This document shows positions 14,165-26,919 of a stretch of 64,000 nt of DNA, piece after piece. Under the pieces are notes generated by a model. That model ran no database searches and was not told where the DNA came from. It was given only the letters and a program-made list of their open reading frames with translations. The DNA comes from Zootoca vivipara (Eukaryota), in the NCBI RefSeq assembly GCF_963506605.1, contig NC_083278.1:55304001-55368000 (forward strand), in the 5' to 3' direction. The translations under genes were made by a program, and so were the position numbers. Every line of letters begins with the position of its first letter. Positions within the stretch are counted from its first letter, which is position 1.

Positions 14165-15530
14165 TTTATTTTATTTTATTTTATTTATTAGATTTCTATA
14201 CCACCCTTCATCCAAAGATCACAGGGCAGATTGCAATACAAAAATACATACCATAGTAACAAACAATAACCCTCATCTCAATTTAAAAGGCCATAAATTT
14301 GCTAATTTGCCAAAGGCCTGTGATAAGAGGAATGTTCTTGCCTGGCACCTAAAGATATTTATTGAAGGTGCCAGGTGAGCCTCCTTGAGGTGAGCAACCA
14401 CATAAAAGGCCCGTTCTCATGTTGTCACCCACCAGATCTCTCATGGAGGAGGCACATGAAGCAGGGCCTTAGTTGATGATTGCAGGATCCAGGCTGGTTC
14501 ATACATGTAATATAACCTGGAGTCTACCAGAGCATAGACAACAGAGGTTAGGCTATTCCTGTACAGATAGGGGCACATCTGGGTCACCAGCAGAAGCTAA
14601 TGGAAGGCACTGCATACCACCAAGACCACCTGAGCCTCAATTGACAGCAAAGGATCCAGAAGTACCCCTGTGCTGCATACCTGCTCATTCAGAGTTAGTA
14701 TAACCCCATCAAGAGCAGGCAACTTCTCATCCATCTGGTCCAGGAAACCACTCACTATACAGTTCCTTAGTCGTATCAGGATCAAGCTTCATTTTATTGG
14801 CTCTCATCCAGTCCATCACTGAGGCAAGACAAGGTTCCAGCACAACCACTGCCACGTTTGCAAAAGAAGTAAAGGTAAAGGTAAAGGGACCCTTACCATT
14901 AGGTCCAATCGCGAACGACTCTCGGGTTGTGGTGCTCATCTCGCTTTACTGGCTGAGGGAGCCAGCATACAGCTTCCAGGTCATGTGGCCAGCATGACTA
15001 AGCCGCTTCTGGCGAACCAGAGCAGCACGCGGGAACGGAGCGGTACCTATTTATCTACTTGCACTTTGACGTGCTTTCGAACTGCTAGGTTGGCAGGAGC
15101 AGGGACCGAGTAATGGGAGCTCACTCTGTCATGGGGATTCGAACTGCAGACCTTCAGATCAGCAAGCCCTAGGCTCTGTGGTTTAGACCACAGTGCCACC
15201 CATGTCCTGCAATAGAAGTAAATATGTACAATATGCTATCAGCAAATTGCTGGCAACGTAGTCCAAAACTCTGGATGACACCACTTAGCAGTTTCTGCAG
15301 ATGTTAAACGGCATGAGAGATAATATTAAACCCTGAGGGAACCCATATTGAAGGCTCCACAAGACTGAAGAGAACTCCCCAAGCATCACCCTCTGAAAAT
15401 GACCATGCAAGAAGGACCAGAACCACGGCAAAGAAGTGCCACACATGCATAACTTGGACAGCTGCTCCAGAAGGATACTGTGGCCAATGATATCGAAAGT
15501 CTCACAGAGCTACAGTTTCTGGATGAAGCT
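14165..15530 (-). mobile_element. L2 LINE 3' part (decayed RT to tail), interrupted by a Sauria SINE
   Basis: remnants WMRANKMKLDPD, FAD, GFPQGLILSLMPFNI; A-rich microsatellite tail at 14165-14190. Confidence 0.75.
14874..15207 (-). mobile_element. Sauria SINE nested in L2
   Basis: (ACCTTT)n tail; TSD tgcaa(a/t)agaagtaaa. Confidence 0.9.
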
Positions 15531-16613
15531 CAGAGGAGGAGGGAAATAAAGAGACAAAACGCTTCTTCGTAACATTACATCAGAAATTGTATTCAGTGCT
15601 ACTGAGTTGGTTGCAGTTGGTTGTGTGTTGTACATAGTAAAAACTAAATCCTTATTTCCTTTAAAAATATATTAGCAGTTTAAATGGCAACACTGTCACA
15701 GAATTGCATAACTGACTAACACAGTCGCCTGCATTCTTGGACTCTCCTTGGATGCATGGATACAGATTCTCCTTGGGCTATGGGACTGTCTCAATGCTCT
15801 CCTGTGCTTCAGAATTCACCATTGAACCACTGGTTGCCAATGATGTATTAGGTGTTATATTTAATGCTGACTTTGGGAATCTAGCACATCAGAAGCAAGA
15901 GTTATGACCTAGCCTTCCTCCTCATTTAATATTTATAATCCAGGGCTGAGTTGCCCATTTAAATACTCCCAATAATATTTTAATTTTTTTATCCATGCAA
16001 ATCTGAAACCCCAGTTTTACCAGATTTAAGAGTATATCCTTTTAAATCTTTAGCCATGTGATACAAATACACTCTTACCATATCATATTCAGTGTGTAAA
16101 ATGTTTTCTCACTAAATATAATTACATAGACTTAATTCCTTTATCACCACTTTTTTCTTTTTTCTTTTTTTTACACTTACAGGTAGTCAAGGGCATAAGC
16201 CATTCTTCACCAACCTGGTATCATCCAGATGTTTGGGATTGATGGTCACAGATAGAACAGTCACACTAGCTAGGGTTGATGAGAGCTAGTCCAAAACATC
16301 TGGAGGGTACCAGGTTGGCAAAAGCTGACAAGGCCTTTTGAGAAGTGCTACAGCTCAGTAGCAGAGCACAATTTCAGTCTTTTGATTTATATTTCGAGGC
16401 AAAAGAATTTTGGGTAGCAGAACTGGAAAAGGTCTCTGTTTAAGGCCTTCAAAAATCATTTTCCATTTGATTAGACAGCAAAGGGTTGGATGTTCCACGT
16501 AATACTGTAAGTCGCCCATTATTATTATTATTATTAGTAGTAGTAGAACTGGGTTACTGTTTTATGCCAAATATCTAGCTATGGATGTATAAAAGACATA
16601 ACATTCTTCTTAC

Positions 16614-17668
16614 CTTTCTAGGTCCTGGTGTACTGCAAGCACTTTGGGTCGGTACAGTGAGAAAATATGCCTTGGACTCTTCGACTTTATGGGTTTTAGG
16701 AGGTCTGGGAGGTGGGTTTGTGGCTTGATTTTCATATTTTCTCATCATGTAATACTGTTCTTCTGTAATCTCTTCCACAATAGACTTTGTTGGGAAACAC
16801 ACAATATCTTCTGCATGTTTGCTCAGCAACTGGAAGGACATATTTAAACGATGCACAGGAGCTTCCCAGATTTCTGTGGGGTTGTTGAAAGTGCTGATTA
16901 ACAAGTACGAATCTGTTATTTTTTCTTCAAGCTGCAGACATGGTATGCCAGCCAATATATCCTCTTGGATGGAAAGATCCCTTAAGGAGACTTTGACTTT
17001 AAATGGAAGACGGAAATATTTGCAAAGCTCCAGAAGTTCATACTGCTTCTTATCATGGACAAGTTCAACAAAGCCCCCTTCCATGCACATTGGAAGAAGT
17101 ATACTCTTGTGGGTTTCGTTTGGTGATAGAATTTGTTCACAGGCCAAACCATTTTCTACTTCCTTCTTCCCTGGATCAACAACTTCACTTAGTTGGCACT
17201 GTGGAATTAAAAATTGGTTTCCAATGGAAACAGAAGACAGCCCTTCATAAGGGGACTCAAAGGCTTTGGTAGCAACAACATGAAGCTTCTCCTTCACACT
17301 CCTTGCTATTTCTAGGTCATAGGCAGTTGGAAACTCCCGTGGTCTTCTTTTGAACTTCCCTTTATAGCTGGTAGGAATTAAAAAGTGCCTTTTATAGGAA
17401 TCACCTTTGATCTCAGACGCTAAGATTCGTGTTGCCTGGCACTTTTTGTAAATCACTATTTCTCTACCAGGACACAAAAAATTATACGATTGCTTATTCC
17501 TGGCAGAGCCTTCAATTACCGCAACAACGATAGGAAATTCATTGCACGTCCTTTCCAAGATATCTTCCATTGACAATGGCTGAAGAAAACTGTGAATATT
17601 GTAACAGTCAGTGACATCTTTGACTTCAACATCTAAATCCGAAAGGAAGTAAACAGTCTCTTTTTGAA
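16614..17668 (-). CDS. THEMIS: THEMIS coding exon 4 (CABIT2, basic NLS-like [19 protein letters not shown], proline-rich PPPRPPK)
   Basis: 1055 bp; acceptor ctcttttcag|TT, donor AAG|gtaaga; open frame; CABIT2 core LACEQIL...[12 protein letters not shown] motif and GRB2-binding PxRPxK present. Confidence 0.96.
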
Positions 17669-17758
17669 CTGAAAAGAGATAAAATTCAGGTTAACTGATA
17701 TTGTTGTGCAAAGGTCTACTATGTAAAAATATAAATTTCTTCTACATATGCATTAGTA

Positions 17759-17894
17759 CAGGCATCCCCAAACTTCGGCCCTCCAGATGTTTTGGACTAC
17801 AATTCCCATCTTCCCCAACCACTGGTCCTGTTAGCTAGGGATCATGGGAGTTGTAGGCCAAAACATCTGGAGGGCCGCAGTTTGGGGATGCCTG
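17759..17894. mobile_element. 136-bp hairpin hAT MITE (end type CAGGCATCCCCAAACT)
   Basis: palindromic; exact TSD cattagta. Confidence 0.9.
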
Positions 17895-17951
17895 CATTAG
17901 TAGTTTTAGGAGGCTCTCAGTGTATTAACTGTATAACCCCTTTAATGATTT

Positions 17952-17953
<2 letters not shown>

Positions 17954-17998
<45 letters not shown>
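17954..17998. repeat. (AT)n microsatellite
   Basis: direct reading. Confidence 0.95.
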
Positions 17999-18001
<3 letters not shown>

Positions 18002-18132
18002 TGAGAGATAATGCTATCATTTTGAAACACTGGTTTCAGGTGTAATATGTGTGTTTCCTGGAGGAATGGCCCAAGAGCCAGGTGTGCCAGAGTCAAAATG
18101 GAGGGAGAAACAGCAACATTCCTGGAGCAGTT

Positions 18133-18248
18133 ACAGGTAGGTAGCCGTGTTGTTCTGAGTCGAAGCAAAATAAAAAAATTCCTTCAGTAGCACCTTAAAG
18201 ACCAACTAAGTTTATATTTTGGTATGAGCTTTCGTGTGCACTGAAGGA
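18133..18248 (-). mobile_element. Truncated Penelope-type terminal fragment (same family as 55239-55444)
   Basis: shares gtagcacctta(a/g)agaccaactaagttt...ggtatgagctttc and acaggtaggtagccgtgttg with the 55 kb copy; 15-bp flanking duplication attcctggagcagtt. Confidence 0.7.
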
Positions 18249-18663
18249 ATTCCTGGAGCAGTTCAGGTTGGTGCTCCAGCAGAACCAGTGACAGATGGAA
18301 TAGCAGAACCAGTGGTTCAATGAAATGAAGCAATTGCAAGCAAAGTACATGAGAGGCCTCCTTAAATTTGGAGAGAAAAATGTGATTCCATGAGAGGTGA
18401 GAAGCCATGCCTGATGAGATGCTACAAGGGGTTAAGAATGATTCAGGAGCCCAGCCTTGAGGCACAATACAGGGGTGCCAACTTGAATAAAATATTGGGG
18501 GAGGCAGGTACCCCACCCTGCATAATTGATCACATGACACAGCACCCCCCATTTGAATGACAATGCCCATCAACTTTGGGGGAGCCTCAAGTATTTTAGG
18601 GGGCAGAAGATATCTCGTCCCCTAGGAGTTGGCTCCTATGCACCCATATGGAAGGGGTGGGCA

Positions 18664-18879
18664 CATTGCCAGATTAAACCCTGTGGCAGATTAAACTCTA
18701 GGCAGTTGAAATCTCGGGGTGGGGTGGGGGCCTCGTGCATGTGTTCCAGTGAGATAACATTGAACTAAGAAAGCTTGATTGTAATTTTCTTTCAAGATCA
18801 AATCAATATCATTTTGATCTGTTGTCATGGGGCCCCTAAAGGCTGGTGCCTACTCTGCCTGATTGATAATCTGGCACTG
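18664..18879. mobile_element. hAT-type MITE
   Basis: cattgccagatta...taatctggcactg; TSD ggtgggca/ggtggcca (7/8). Confidence 0.7.
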
Positions 18880-20536
18880 GGTGGCCAAAGTGATTTAGAG
18901 TGTGGACTGACAGCTCAGGGGCTTAGACTGCAAAGGGATGCAGTCAGTAGCTGAATGCAAGGGGCAAGATGGCACATCAGAGAAGGATGGGCTGCCTAGA
19001 ACCAAGAAGCTTCTGATTGATTTTGCCACTCTGCTGTGGGAGAGGGAGAGCAGGAGGAATTGAAGTTTGGTGCCTGCTGAATCAGTGCCTGTGGGAGTGC
19101 CAGAAAAAGGGTTGCAGCAGGAAGAACTGGAGGTGTGTGAGAACATGCAGGAAAAGCTGAGAGCATGTGTGCGTGTGGAGGAGCAGCCAGCGCTGGAGGG
19201 AAAGGCACCAGAGGAGCAGCCAGAAGAGAAGCAGGCTTCTGCTGAATTGGGTGAGATAAACTGCTCAAGATGGTCTTGTGGGGTGGGGACCAGTCCCAAT
19301 ACTGGGGACAGTCCTTAAGCGGGCACCAGCAGCCAGGGTCACCCAGGGTCTCATAGGTTTGGGGGGGGGCAAGAGCCACTGGGTCTGATAGGTGTTAGAA
19401 CTAAATCAGTGCTTGGAATGTTAAAATTGGTTGCTAGGCAGTGGATTTTGCAAAGTGTTAAAATACAGGCCAAACCAGCTTCCAGTATTCAGGAAATCAC
19501 CTGGGAGACCAGCCATTTACCAAAGACAAAGGAAAGGTAATGAGCCATTAGAAAAGCCAGAGAGGGGGGACTCTGTGCCAGGTGGGAAATTGGAGGAGCC
19601 CTTCTCTCAGCTCTGATTTAGTTTGAGCTTTGAGTTAGTGAGCCCACTCTAAGCAACATTGCTGAGGCTTACAAGATTGGCATGGTTATTGCAAATCTTG
19701 CACTTGGGCTGATGTAAAGAAGTAGCATTGCTGCTCTGGATATCAGCTAAAAATTGATTAGTCCCTCTTAACAGCAGCTGTTTTATTTACAGAATGTGTG
19801 CCGTGTCTGATACAGCCATCTCATGCGTATATATAGTATTTCAAAGAAAATGTGGGAATCCATTTTTCACAGTTCAGAAAGCAAATCGCTATCACATGAA
19901 AGTGAGTTGCTTCTAAACAGCACATTGTAGAAGTTGCTTAGAAAATATTCTCCGTGATTTCTATGTTGAATGCACAGTGAAACACATGGATATTATTGGA
20001 AATAGGAAAGCTAGTGAAGCGTATGTTAGGACACAGGGCTGTGAAACAATATTATTGTATCTGACAAATAGCTGAAACTTAAATTTAAGGCCTAGGCCTT
20101 GCTACTCAACTGTGGTGAAAAGCTGAATATAAACCTTGATCTAAAACCAGAACTGCATATTTATAAACCTTTGGGCTCTGTGAAGCAAACCAGTATCTTT
20201 CAAAAACCCACTTCCTTCCCCTCCTGAAACTCTGGATGTGTGTCTGCCTCTTTCCTGTTGACCTCTTTCAGTCACCATGGCCTAGACTGTGTTGTAGGCA
20301 AATTGAATATTGCTGTTCTGTTAATGTCTTGGTTCCTCTGCCTGATTTCCTGACTCAGAAAGACATAATTTATGGGAGCTGTTCTACGTCAGGATGAATG
20401 CAAGACAGAGACCTTTTGTTGCCTGAGGCATCCCCACCACCACATTCCACATTTAAAAGCCAATCAGACAGACAGCTGGATCTTACTTCAACACATGGAA
20501 TGGGACAGTGTTTTCCACCACATCTGAGAGCAGCAG

Positions 20537-20650
20537 TAAGAACATAAGAAAAGCCTGCTGGATGATGCCAATGGCCCATCTAGTCCAGTATCCTGTTCTC
20601 ACAGTGGCCAACCAGATGACTTGGGGATTCCAGCAAGCAGGACCTGAACA
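20537..20650 (-). mobile_element. Old CR1-type 3' end fragment
   Basis: taagaacataagaa...ggcccatctagtccag...ttctcacagtggcc; related fragments at about 21866-22075, 27787-27900, 42363-42490, 62395-62905. Confidence 0.6.
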
Positions 20651-20821
20651 GTCAAGCTCAGGGAATACAAGGCCATGTGGCACTCGCAGCTCTGTCCTCC
20701 AACACTTCATTGTCACTCGCAGCCCTCCAGCATCTGCCATCTGAGGCAGCTACCTCACTCTGTCTAATGGTAGGGCTCTACCATGGTTTAACACTGGTTA
20801 CAACTCATGGTTTGTCTGGAG

Positions 20822-21219
20822 TAAAGATGGGAGAGAAGTTCAATTCAATTCACATTTACCGGTAATTTGCACTTTCTGAAACAACATGTACTGATACACA
20901 ATCATCCTTCAAAATTATCACTTCTCTGAATTTCGGAGCATAGTTCACCAGGCAGTTAAGGTGTAAAAAAATGCACGTATTAGTAAAATTAACATGGGAA
21001 AATGCATTATATTAGGAAAATTGCTTTGCCAAAATGTAATAAATACAAAATGTGCATATTATGATGAATTCACACTAAAATGCCAATGCATTTTTATGGG
21101 AACTTAAAAGAAAAGGAAAAAAGAAAATTGCAGACAGATATGGTAATATGGAGAACTGAACTTAAGCCTGAAAAAATGAAAAAATGAGAGAAACCAAAAT
21201 GGAGATTTACCCACCCCTA
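20822..21219. mobile_element. AT-rich non-autonomous repeat (MITE-like)
   Basis: degenerate inverted ends (aagatggg...cccacccct); related end fragment near 1185-1255. Confidence 0.4.
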
Positions 21220-22836
21220 GTCTGGAGGAAGCAAAACCATGAGCCGGGTTTAGGTAATATGCTAAGCCAAAATATAGCTTGGCTTGGCTTATCAGAGCAC
21301 AGCAGCAGAATGACTGAGGAGTGGGGAGTAGCAAAGAGCTCATGGCCTCCTCTCTAGGAGTCCATATGTTTCATAGAATCATAGAGTTGGAAGGTACCCC
21401 AAGGGTCATCCTGCATTGCAGCAATGCAGGAATTTACTTAGTATTATATGTGGACCAAGACAGTGAAGCCTGCAGCATGGAATGGAAAATGTCTAATAGC
21501 ATGATGTCAGGATGTCCTTCACATTATGGATCAATAGCCACATGGTTTAATGTCACCTGGTGCTTCTTCGACAGCAGTTATTCACCCTGAATGTATTACT
21601 ACGTGACCATAGCTGCCAAGTTATCCCTTTTTTTAAGGGATTTTCCCTTATGCTGAATAGGCTTCCTCACGAGAAAAGGGAAAACTTGGCAGCTATGCTA
21701 CGTGACACACCTTTCAGGAATGATACAAGAACAAGTTTTCCTATATATTTTCTCCACATCATAGGTTCTCCCTTTTCTCCCTTCTGCACCTTTATTTACA
21801 ACTCCACAGCCACCCTCTATGTTTCCATATTAATTTGAGAACTGTGGCTCTTATGACCTCCACCAATACATGAGAACAGCCTTCTGGACCAGGGTAGTGG
21901 CCCATCTGTTCCAGCATCCTGTTCTCACAGTGGCTGACCAGAGATTTGCAGGGAACTTGAAGCCAGATAATGAGCACAATTTCACTCTACCTACCTGTGA
22001 CTCCCAGCAATTGGTATCCAGAGGCACAATGCCTCTGACAGTGAAGGTAGCCATTGACAGGCTCCATGAATTTGTCTATAAGAAAATATCTAAAAGAAAA
22101 CTCTAGCACCAAAGCTCACGGTTAAACATTTAAGAATAGAAAAGGGCAAAGGAGGGTGGGGAAAAGCTACACAGAGGGAACAGAAAAGCTATAAAAGAAT
22201 GAGCACCAAGGAGAATGAGGAAAGCTTTTCTGAGAGCATAAGAAAGTCACTTTAAAAGATCCATAGAACTCCTGAGAATTTTTTTTTTAAAAAGACCCTA
22301 CTTATATCTACTTCAGACATTTAATTTTTTAAAATAAAAATAGACCTTTGTTACATGTTCAAAAAGGACTTGTCTCCATTGGGTTAAGGAAAAGAAGGTG
22401 GGAGGGATATTCACAACACTGCTTCCCCCCAAAAATGAACAATGGATCAAAGAAAGCCATACGTATAATCGTCATTTATTCAAATTGTTTTGGGTCTATC
22501 AGGAGGAAGACTAGGTTAGAACTCTCCTTCCTGACATCTAGTTTTTCATTCTCAGCACAGAATTTTTGCAGTTTTCCAGTTTTGTGCAAATCCAAGGAAT
22601 CAAAAGATATATAAGGCTAAGCTCCTCCATTTCAGGAGCACACCTGAAATAGTTAAGAACATGGCTGGAAAATAAATGAAAGCAATTGTAAATTCTCAAT
22701 ACAAACTTTTCAGATTGCTCTGCAATACGTGATGCAGAATTTTAAAATGTGGTTTACTTGTGTGCAGTTTTCTGGTTTTGTGCAAATCTGAGGGTTATGC
22801 TCTTCCATTCAGGAGTGTGCCAGAAATAGTTAAGAG

Positions 22837-23088
22837 CAGGGGTCAGCAACCTTTTTCAGCTGTGGGCCGGTCAATCGTCCCTCAGACCATGTGATGGGCC
22901 AGACTATATTTTGAAGGGGGAAAAATGAACGAACTCCTATGCCTCACAAATAACCCAGAGATGCATTTTAAATAAAAGGACACATTGTACTCATGTAAAA
23001 ACACCCTGATTCCCAGACTCTCCGCAGGCAAGATTGAGAAGGTGATTGGGCCGCATCTGGCCCCCAGGCCTTAGGTTGCCTACCCCTG
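22837..23088 (-). mobile_element. hAT (Charlie/Buster-like) non-autonomous element, about 250 bp
   Basis: TIRs caggggtcagcaacct / aggttgcctacccctg; exact TSD gttaagag; opposite-orientation copy at 52877, partial copy at 49817. Confidence 0.85.
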
Positions 23089-23602
23089 GTTAAGAGCATA
23101 GCCAGAAAAGAAACGAAAGCACGAAAATAGCAGGAAGTAATGATTGATCCACCCACCTAAAAACACCAAAACAAACTGTTTGAGACCTTGAGTGAAGAAT
23201 TTGCAGCCTAATTTTTCCCAAGTTATTAAACTATCCCAGTATCAGGTATTTACAGGGCAGAAGCATCAAGATTGGTGCTCTTTGAAGGTAACATTGAATA
23301 GTCCACGCAAATTAAATGAGAATGCAAACAGCTGCAAACACACAGTAAATTCTGATATGGACAGTACCAGAAGCTGTATACACACCATAGCTTTAAAGCA
23401 CATTTCCTGGAACTGTGGTTTACTCCCTACAAAGCTACAATTTCCAGAGCTACAATTTCCAGCACCCTACAGTTCTCAGGATTCTTTGGGGGGAACTGCA
23501 AACAACATTTGAAACTGATCTGTAAACCATTTAGTTTCACTTTTGAGTACAGTATGTTGTTAATCAGGCAGAGATAGTTGACAAAGATAGTAATTAACTT
23601 AC

Positions 23603-24061
23603 ATTTCATCACTGCTTGTACTTCATATATTGGTGTCAGAACAATGCAGCCATCAAAATCCATAGGAAGCAAGCTGGTGGAGTTCCTAGCTTTGCAGATA
23701 TGAGTAAATGTCACACTCCGACTCCTGCTCTTTGGGATTTTCCATTTGGCAATCTCTTTCAGGGTATAAGTCTGGTCATCTTCCCATTCATAGAAATCAC
23801 CGTCTTGTGAAATTGGCAATACAAAGGCATGGAATTGGCCATCCCTCATTAATCCACAGTGTACAGTCAATATCCCATTGCTGACTTCCACAGAGTTGAA
23901 TATGATCTTCTCACCCCGTTTGATGGTCAGGTTTTCTACTTTTATATCCTTAGAGCAATAGAAGCAGGGATGTTGCAGTTGTGTTGATCCAATCAAAACT
24001 TTTTTCACAATTTCTTCAACGCCAACATATGGTGTTTTGTCAGCCACTATCCTGCAAAGAC
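23603..24061 (-). CDS. THEMIS: THEMIS coding exon 3 (CABIT1 core): (G)LCRIVADKTPY...VHCGLMRDGQFHAFVLPISQDGDFYE...PIYEVQAVMK(F)
   Basis: 459 bp; acceptor cctttgaag|GT, donor AAAT|gtaagt; phase 1/1; CABIT signature C-x(n)-LP-x4-G-x-F intact. Confidence 0.95.
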
Positions 24062-24458
24062 CTTCAAAGGAACATTTTTATTCAATAAAGGTGCCTTGAA
24101 ATGATGCAAACATTAAAAAGTATCCAATACTTAACATTTGTAGTTATCATTTCATTGGTACCCAAGAATGGGGGCATTGGCTTGGGGATGAAAACAAATT
24201 CATAAAATAATAACCTCATAAAATGTTTGCAATTCAAATTGCTAACATAATCATAGGTATCATCTGAACTCAGGATGTTTGTATAAAACCAGGGAAATGA
24301 CATTTTAAAAATGATAACTGCCTTTCAAAAAGCCATTTGTATTATTTCTCCTTTTATTTGTACAGAAATATGTATGTCATTTGTGTGTGTGTGTGTCTAC
24401 TCCTCTGTGTGTGAATAATTTGTGCCAAGGGGGAAAAGACGTGGATTGTAGCACGTTT

Positions 24459-24460
<2 letters not shown>

Positions 24461-24504
<44 letters not shown>
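24461..24504. repeat. (GT)n microsatellite
   Basis: direct reading; another (GT)n at 24915-24952. Confidence 0.95.
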
Positions 24505-24506
<2 letters not shown>

Positions 24507-24564
24507 AAATTGTATCTAGCAGTGAAAAAACTTATGTAAGTATATACTAGTAATCTTTCATCCC

Positions 24565-24882
24565 CAGGGCTGGATTTAGGTATGATGAGACCCTAAGCTA
24601 CTGAAGGTAATGGGGCCCTTTATATGTCCAGCTGTCCTTTGTCAACAACAAATTGTTGCTGTTTTTGTTGTTGAATATATGCTATATGGTAATTTATGGA
24701 CCTAATAGGTATCTGAAGCCATTTGCCACTGTTGCTGCATGTAGGTTTTATTCTATTTGTTTTTTAATCTTATATTTTGGAAATGTACATCCAGTTTTTT
24801 TCCTTTACATTTTTTTTGGGGGGCCCAAGAGAATGGGGTCCTAAACTATAGCTTGTTTAGCTTATACATAAATCCGGCACTG
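24565..24882. mobile_element. hAT-type non-autonomous element
   Basis: cagggctggattta...taaatccggcactg; exact TSD ttcatccc. Confidence 0.85.
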
Positions 24883-24908
24883 TTCATCCCTCTTTCTGAA
24901 TTTAACTT

Positions 24909-24954
<46 letters not shown>

Positions 24955-26545
24955 TTCAGTTGTTTTCTTGGGTGCTAAAGTAGTCAGAGTTCTTCTCTCC
25001 ACCCCTTCCCTTGTTTGATGGGAAGTGTCTGATGGCCTGCGGAAAGGGAAGCACTTCAATGGGAGGCAATGGTGAGTGAAAAGTGTTTGGTGGGTTATGG
25101 GTACTCTGTTTGCAGCAATGGCTCAGAAGAGGACTGAGCCAGTTTCCCCTGATTGTTAGAAGGAAAAGAGGAATTAGCTTTGGGATTCAACAAAATAATT
25201 GTGTTAGCACAAGAAGACTCTGCACATGCCCTGCTCCAGAGGGTTGGGTGGAACCATAGAATAAATTTCAGGGGTGCATGGTGGTGGTGGTGGGAAGATG
25301 GGGATAAAGTTCCATTTCAAAAATAGAAATCCTTGTGCTGTGTGTTGGAACAATTTGCTTAGTGATATGAAGAATACAGACCAAAGCTTTCGGGAGCATG
25401 CAACAATACTGGCAGAATAAGGTCTGCGATTCATATTAATTATCCTTTTAACAGGCACTATATTAATTTGCATAATCAGATCTAATACAGAAGTAAAAAA
25501 AAAAGTGGGGAGAAGAAAATGCTGCATAGCCAAACTACTAGCATGAATTCTGTGCTTAGGCAGTAGACCCACCTGGTTGTTCAGCTCTAATTGCAACATT
25601 GAAATATTACTAGATACAGCAGCTTCTGCAACTGCAGTACCTAAAGGGCATCTTTATTTCCATGTTAATCATACCCATTGGGATTGTTTTGTTAGTACAT
25701 TTGGGTAGAGTGGTTTTCTCTTAAAGGAAGATTCAATGGGAAGTTTACAGATAGCAGTGGGATTTAATTTAGCCGTGCAATTAAACTATAACTTATTACT
25801 CAGCTGCACCATAACATCTCTTTTGAAGCATCTCTAACTGGAATTGCATGTTGCAGAGAAGCTGACACTGAATGCACCCATTTCTTGTCTTCTCTTCTCT
25901 CAAATGGTACAAAAGCTACTCTGGACTACACACATAGCTAGAAGACAAATTAGCAGTATGATAATGACTTGTATTTTATTGCATTACACATCTCATAGAG
26001 GCAGAGAAAGGCAGAAGATGTAGGTGATTTTAATGCCAACCTCATATTTTGCTTAGCATGTAGTTCAATCAGTATACTGTTGAAATTATAAGGAGTTTAT
26101 TTGTTTTTGTAATCCACCATTTGTGTACAGTTATGGTTGGGTTATTGGTTTAACATTTTGTTTTTGTTGCATTTACATTTTGTAATTTTTATTATTTTGG
26201 TGTACAGCACTTCATGCATCATGCATGAAAAAAGAAACAAATAGCACATGGTTTCCTCTATTTGTAAAGGATAATTTTGGACAACATTAAATGAAACAAA
26301 GGGCATTAATCAAGTAGAGCCTTGGGTGATTGATTCATGGAGATACGTTTTAATCAATAAGAGGTTCAAACTGAGGACAGCCTTGTTTATTTTATGATGT
26401 GGGACATTTAACCGTACAGGCCATGAAATGACCTATTATACAAACTTGTTTTGCTTTAGTGTTTTTCTTTCACTTCAGAGACATAATTGTGCACATTTTG
26501 TTCATCTCTGATATAAGATTGAGTAGAAAGTACCACTAACTGAAG

Positions 26546-26623
26546 CAGGCCCGGCTCTAGGTGCACTCCTGGTGGCGTGGGGCGCTGCGAGGGCGCCGGA
26601 GCGACCTGCTCTAGATGGCCCTG
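26546..26623. mobile_element. 78-bp hAT MITE, internally deleted relative of 1476-1652
   Basis: caggcccggctctag...ctagatggccctg; exact TSD aactgaag. Confidence 0.85.
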
Positions 26624-26757
26624 AACTGAAGTGCCTTCATTATAACCTCAAGCACGTTACAAATGAAACTTACTGCAATATACTACAAAAATATCTAATT
26701 CTGTTTTTATTTACTTTTTTTGTTTCCTTATCGAACCAGAAAATATTCAAACTGTAC

Positions 26758-26919
26758 CTGGAAAATGTAAAGGTAGCTCAACTGTAGTGGAGCAGAAGCT
26801 AGCATCATATTCACTTTCACAGTTGCTTGCCAGGACTTTCTTAACTTTTAATCCAACAACTTTAATCACGTCTCCAGTTGACAAGCAGCATTCATGCCCA
26901 CACTTTTCATAAATCGAAC
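26758..26919 (-). CDS. THEMIS: THEMIS coding exon 2: (G)SIYEKCGHECCLSTGDVIKVVGLKVKKVLASNCESEYDASFCSTTVELPLHFP(G)
   Basis: 162 bp; acceptor ctcctttag|GT, donor CCAG|gtacag; phase 1/1; CABIT1 N-terminal part. Confidence 0.93.

Noticed and set aside
16819-17272. Plus-strand ORFs of 143 and 89 aa
   Set aside because: Antisense shadows of THEMIS exon 4
18891-19408. Glu-rich 83-aa ORF within a purine-rich segment with 8-bp inverted ends
   Set aside because: No splice context, homology or TSD; probably an unclassified repeat
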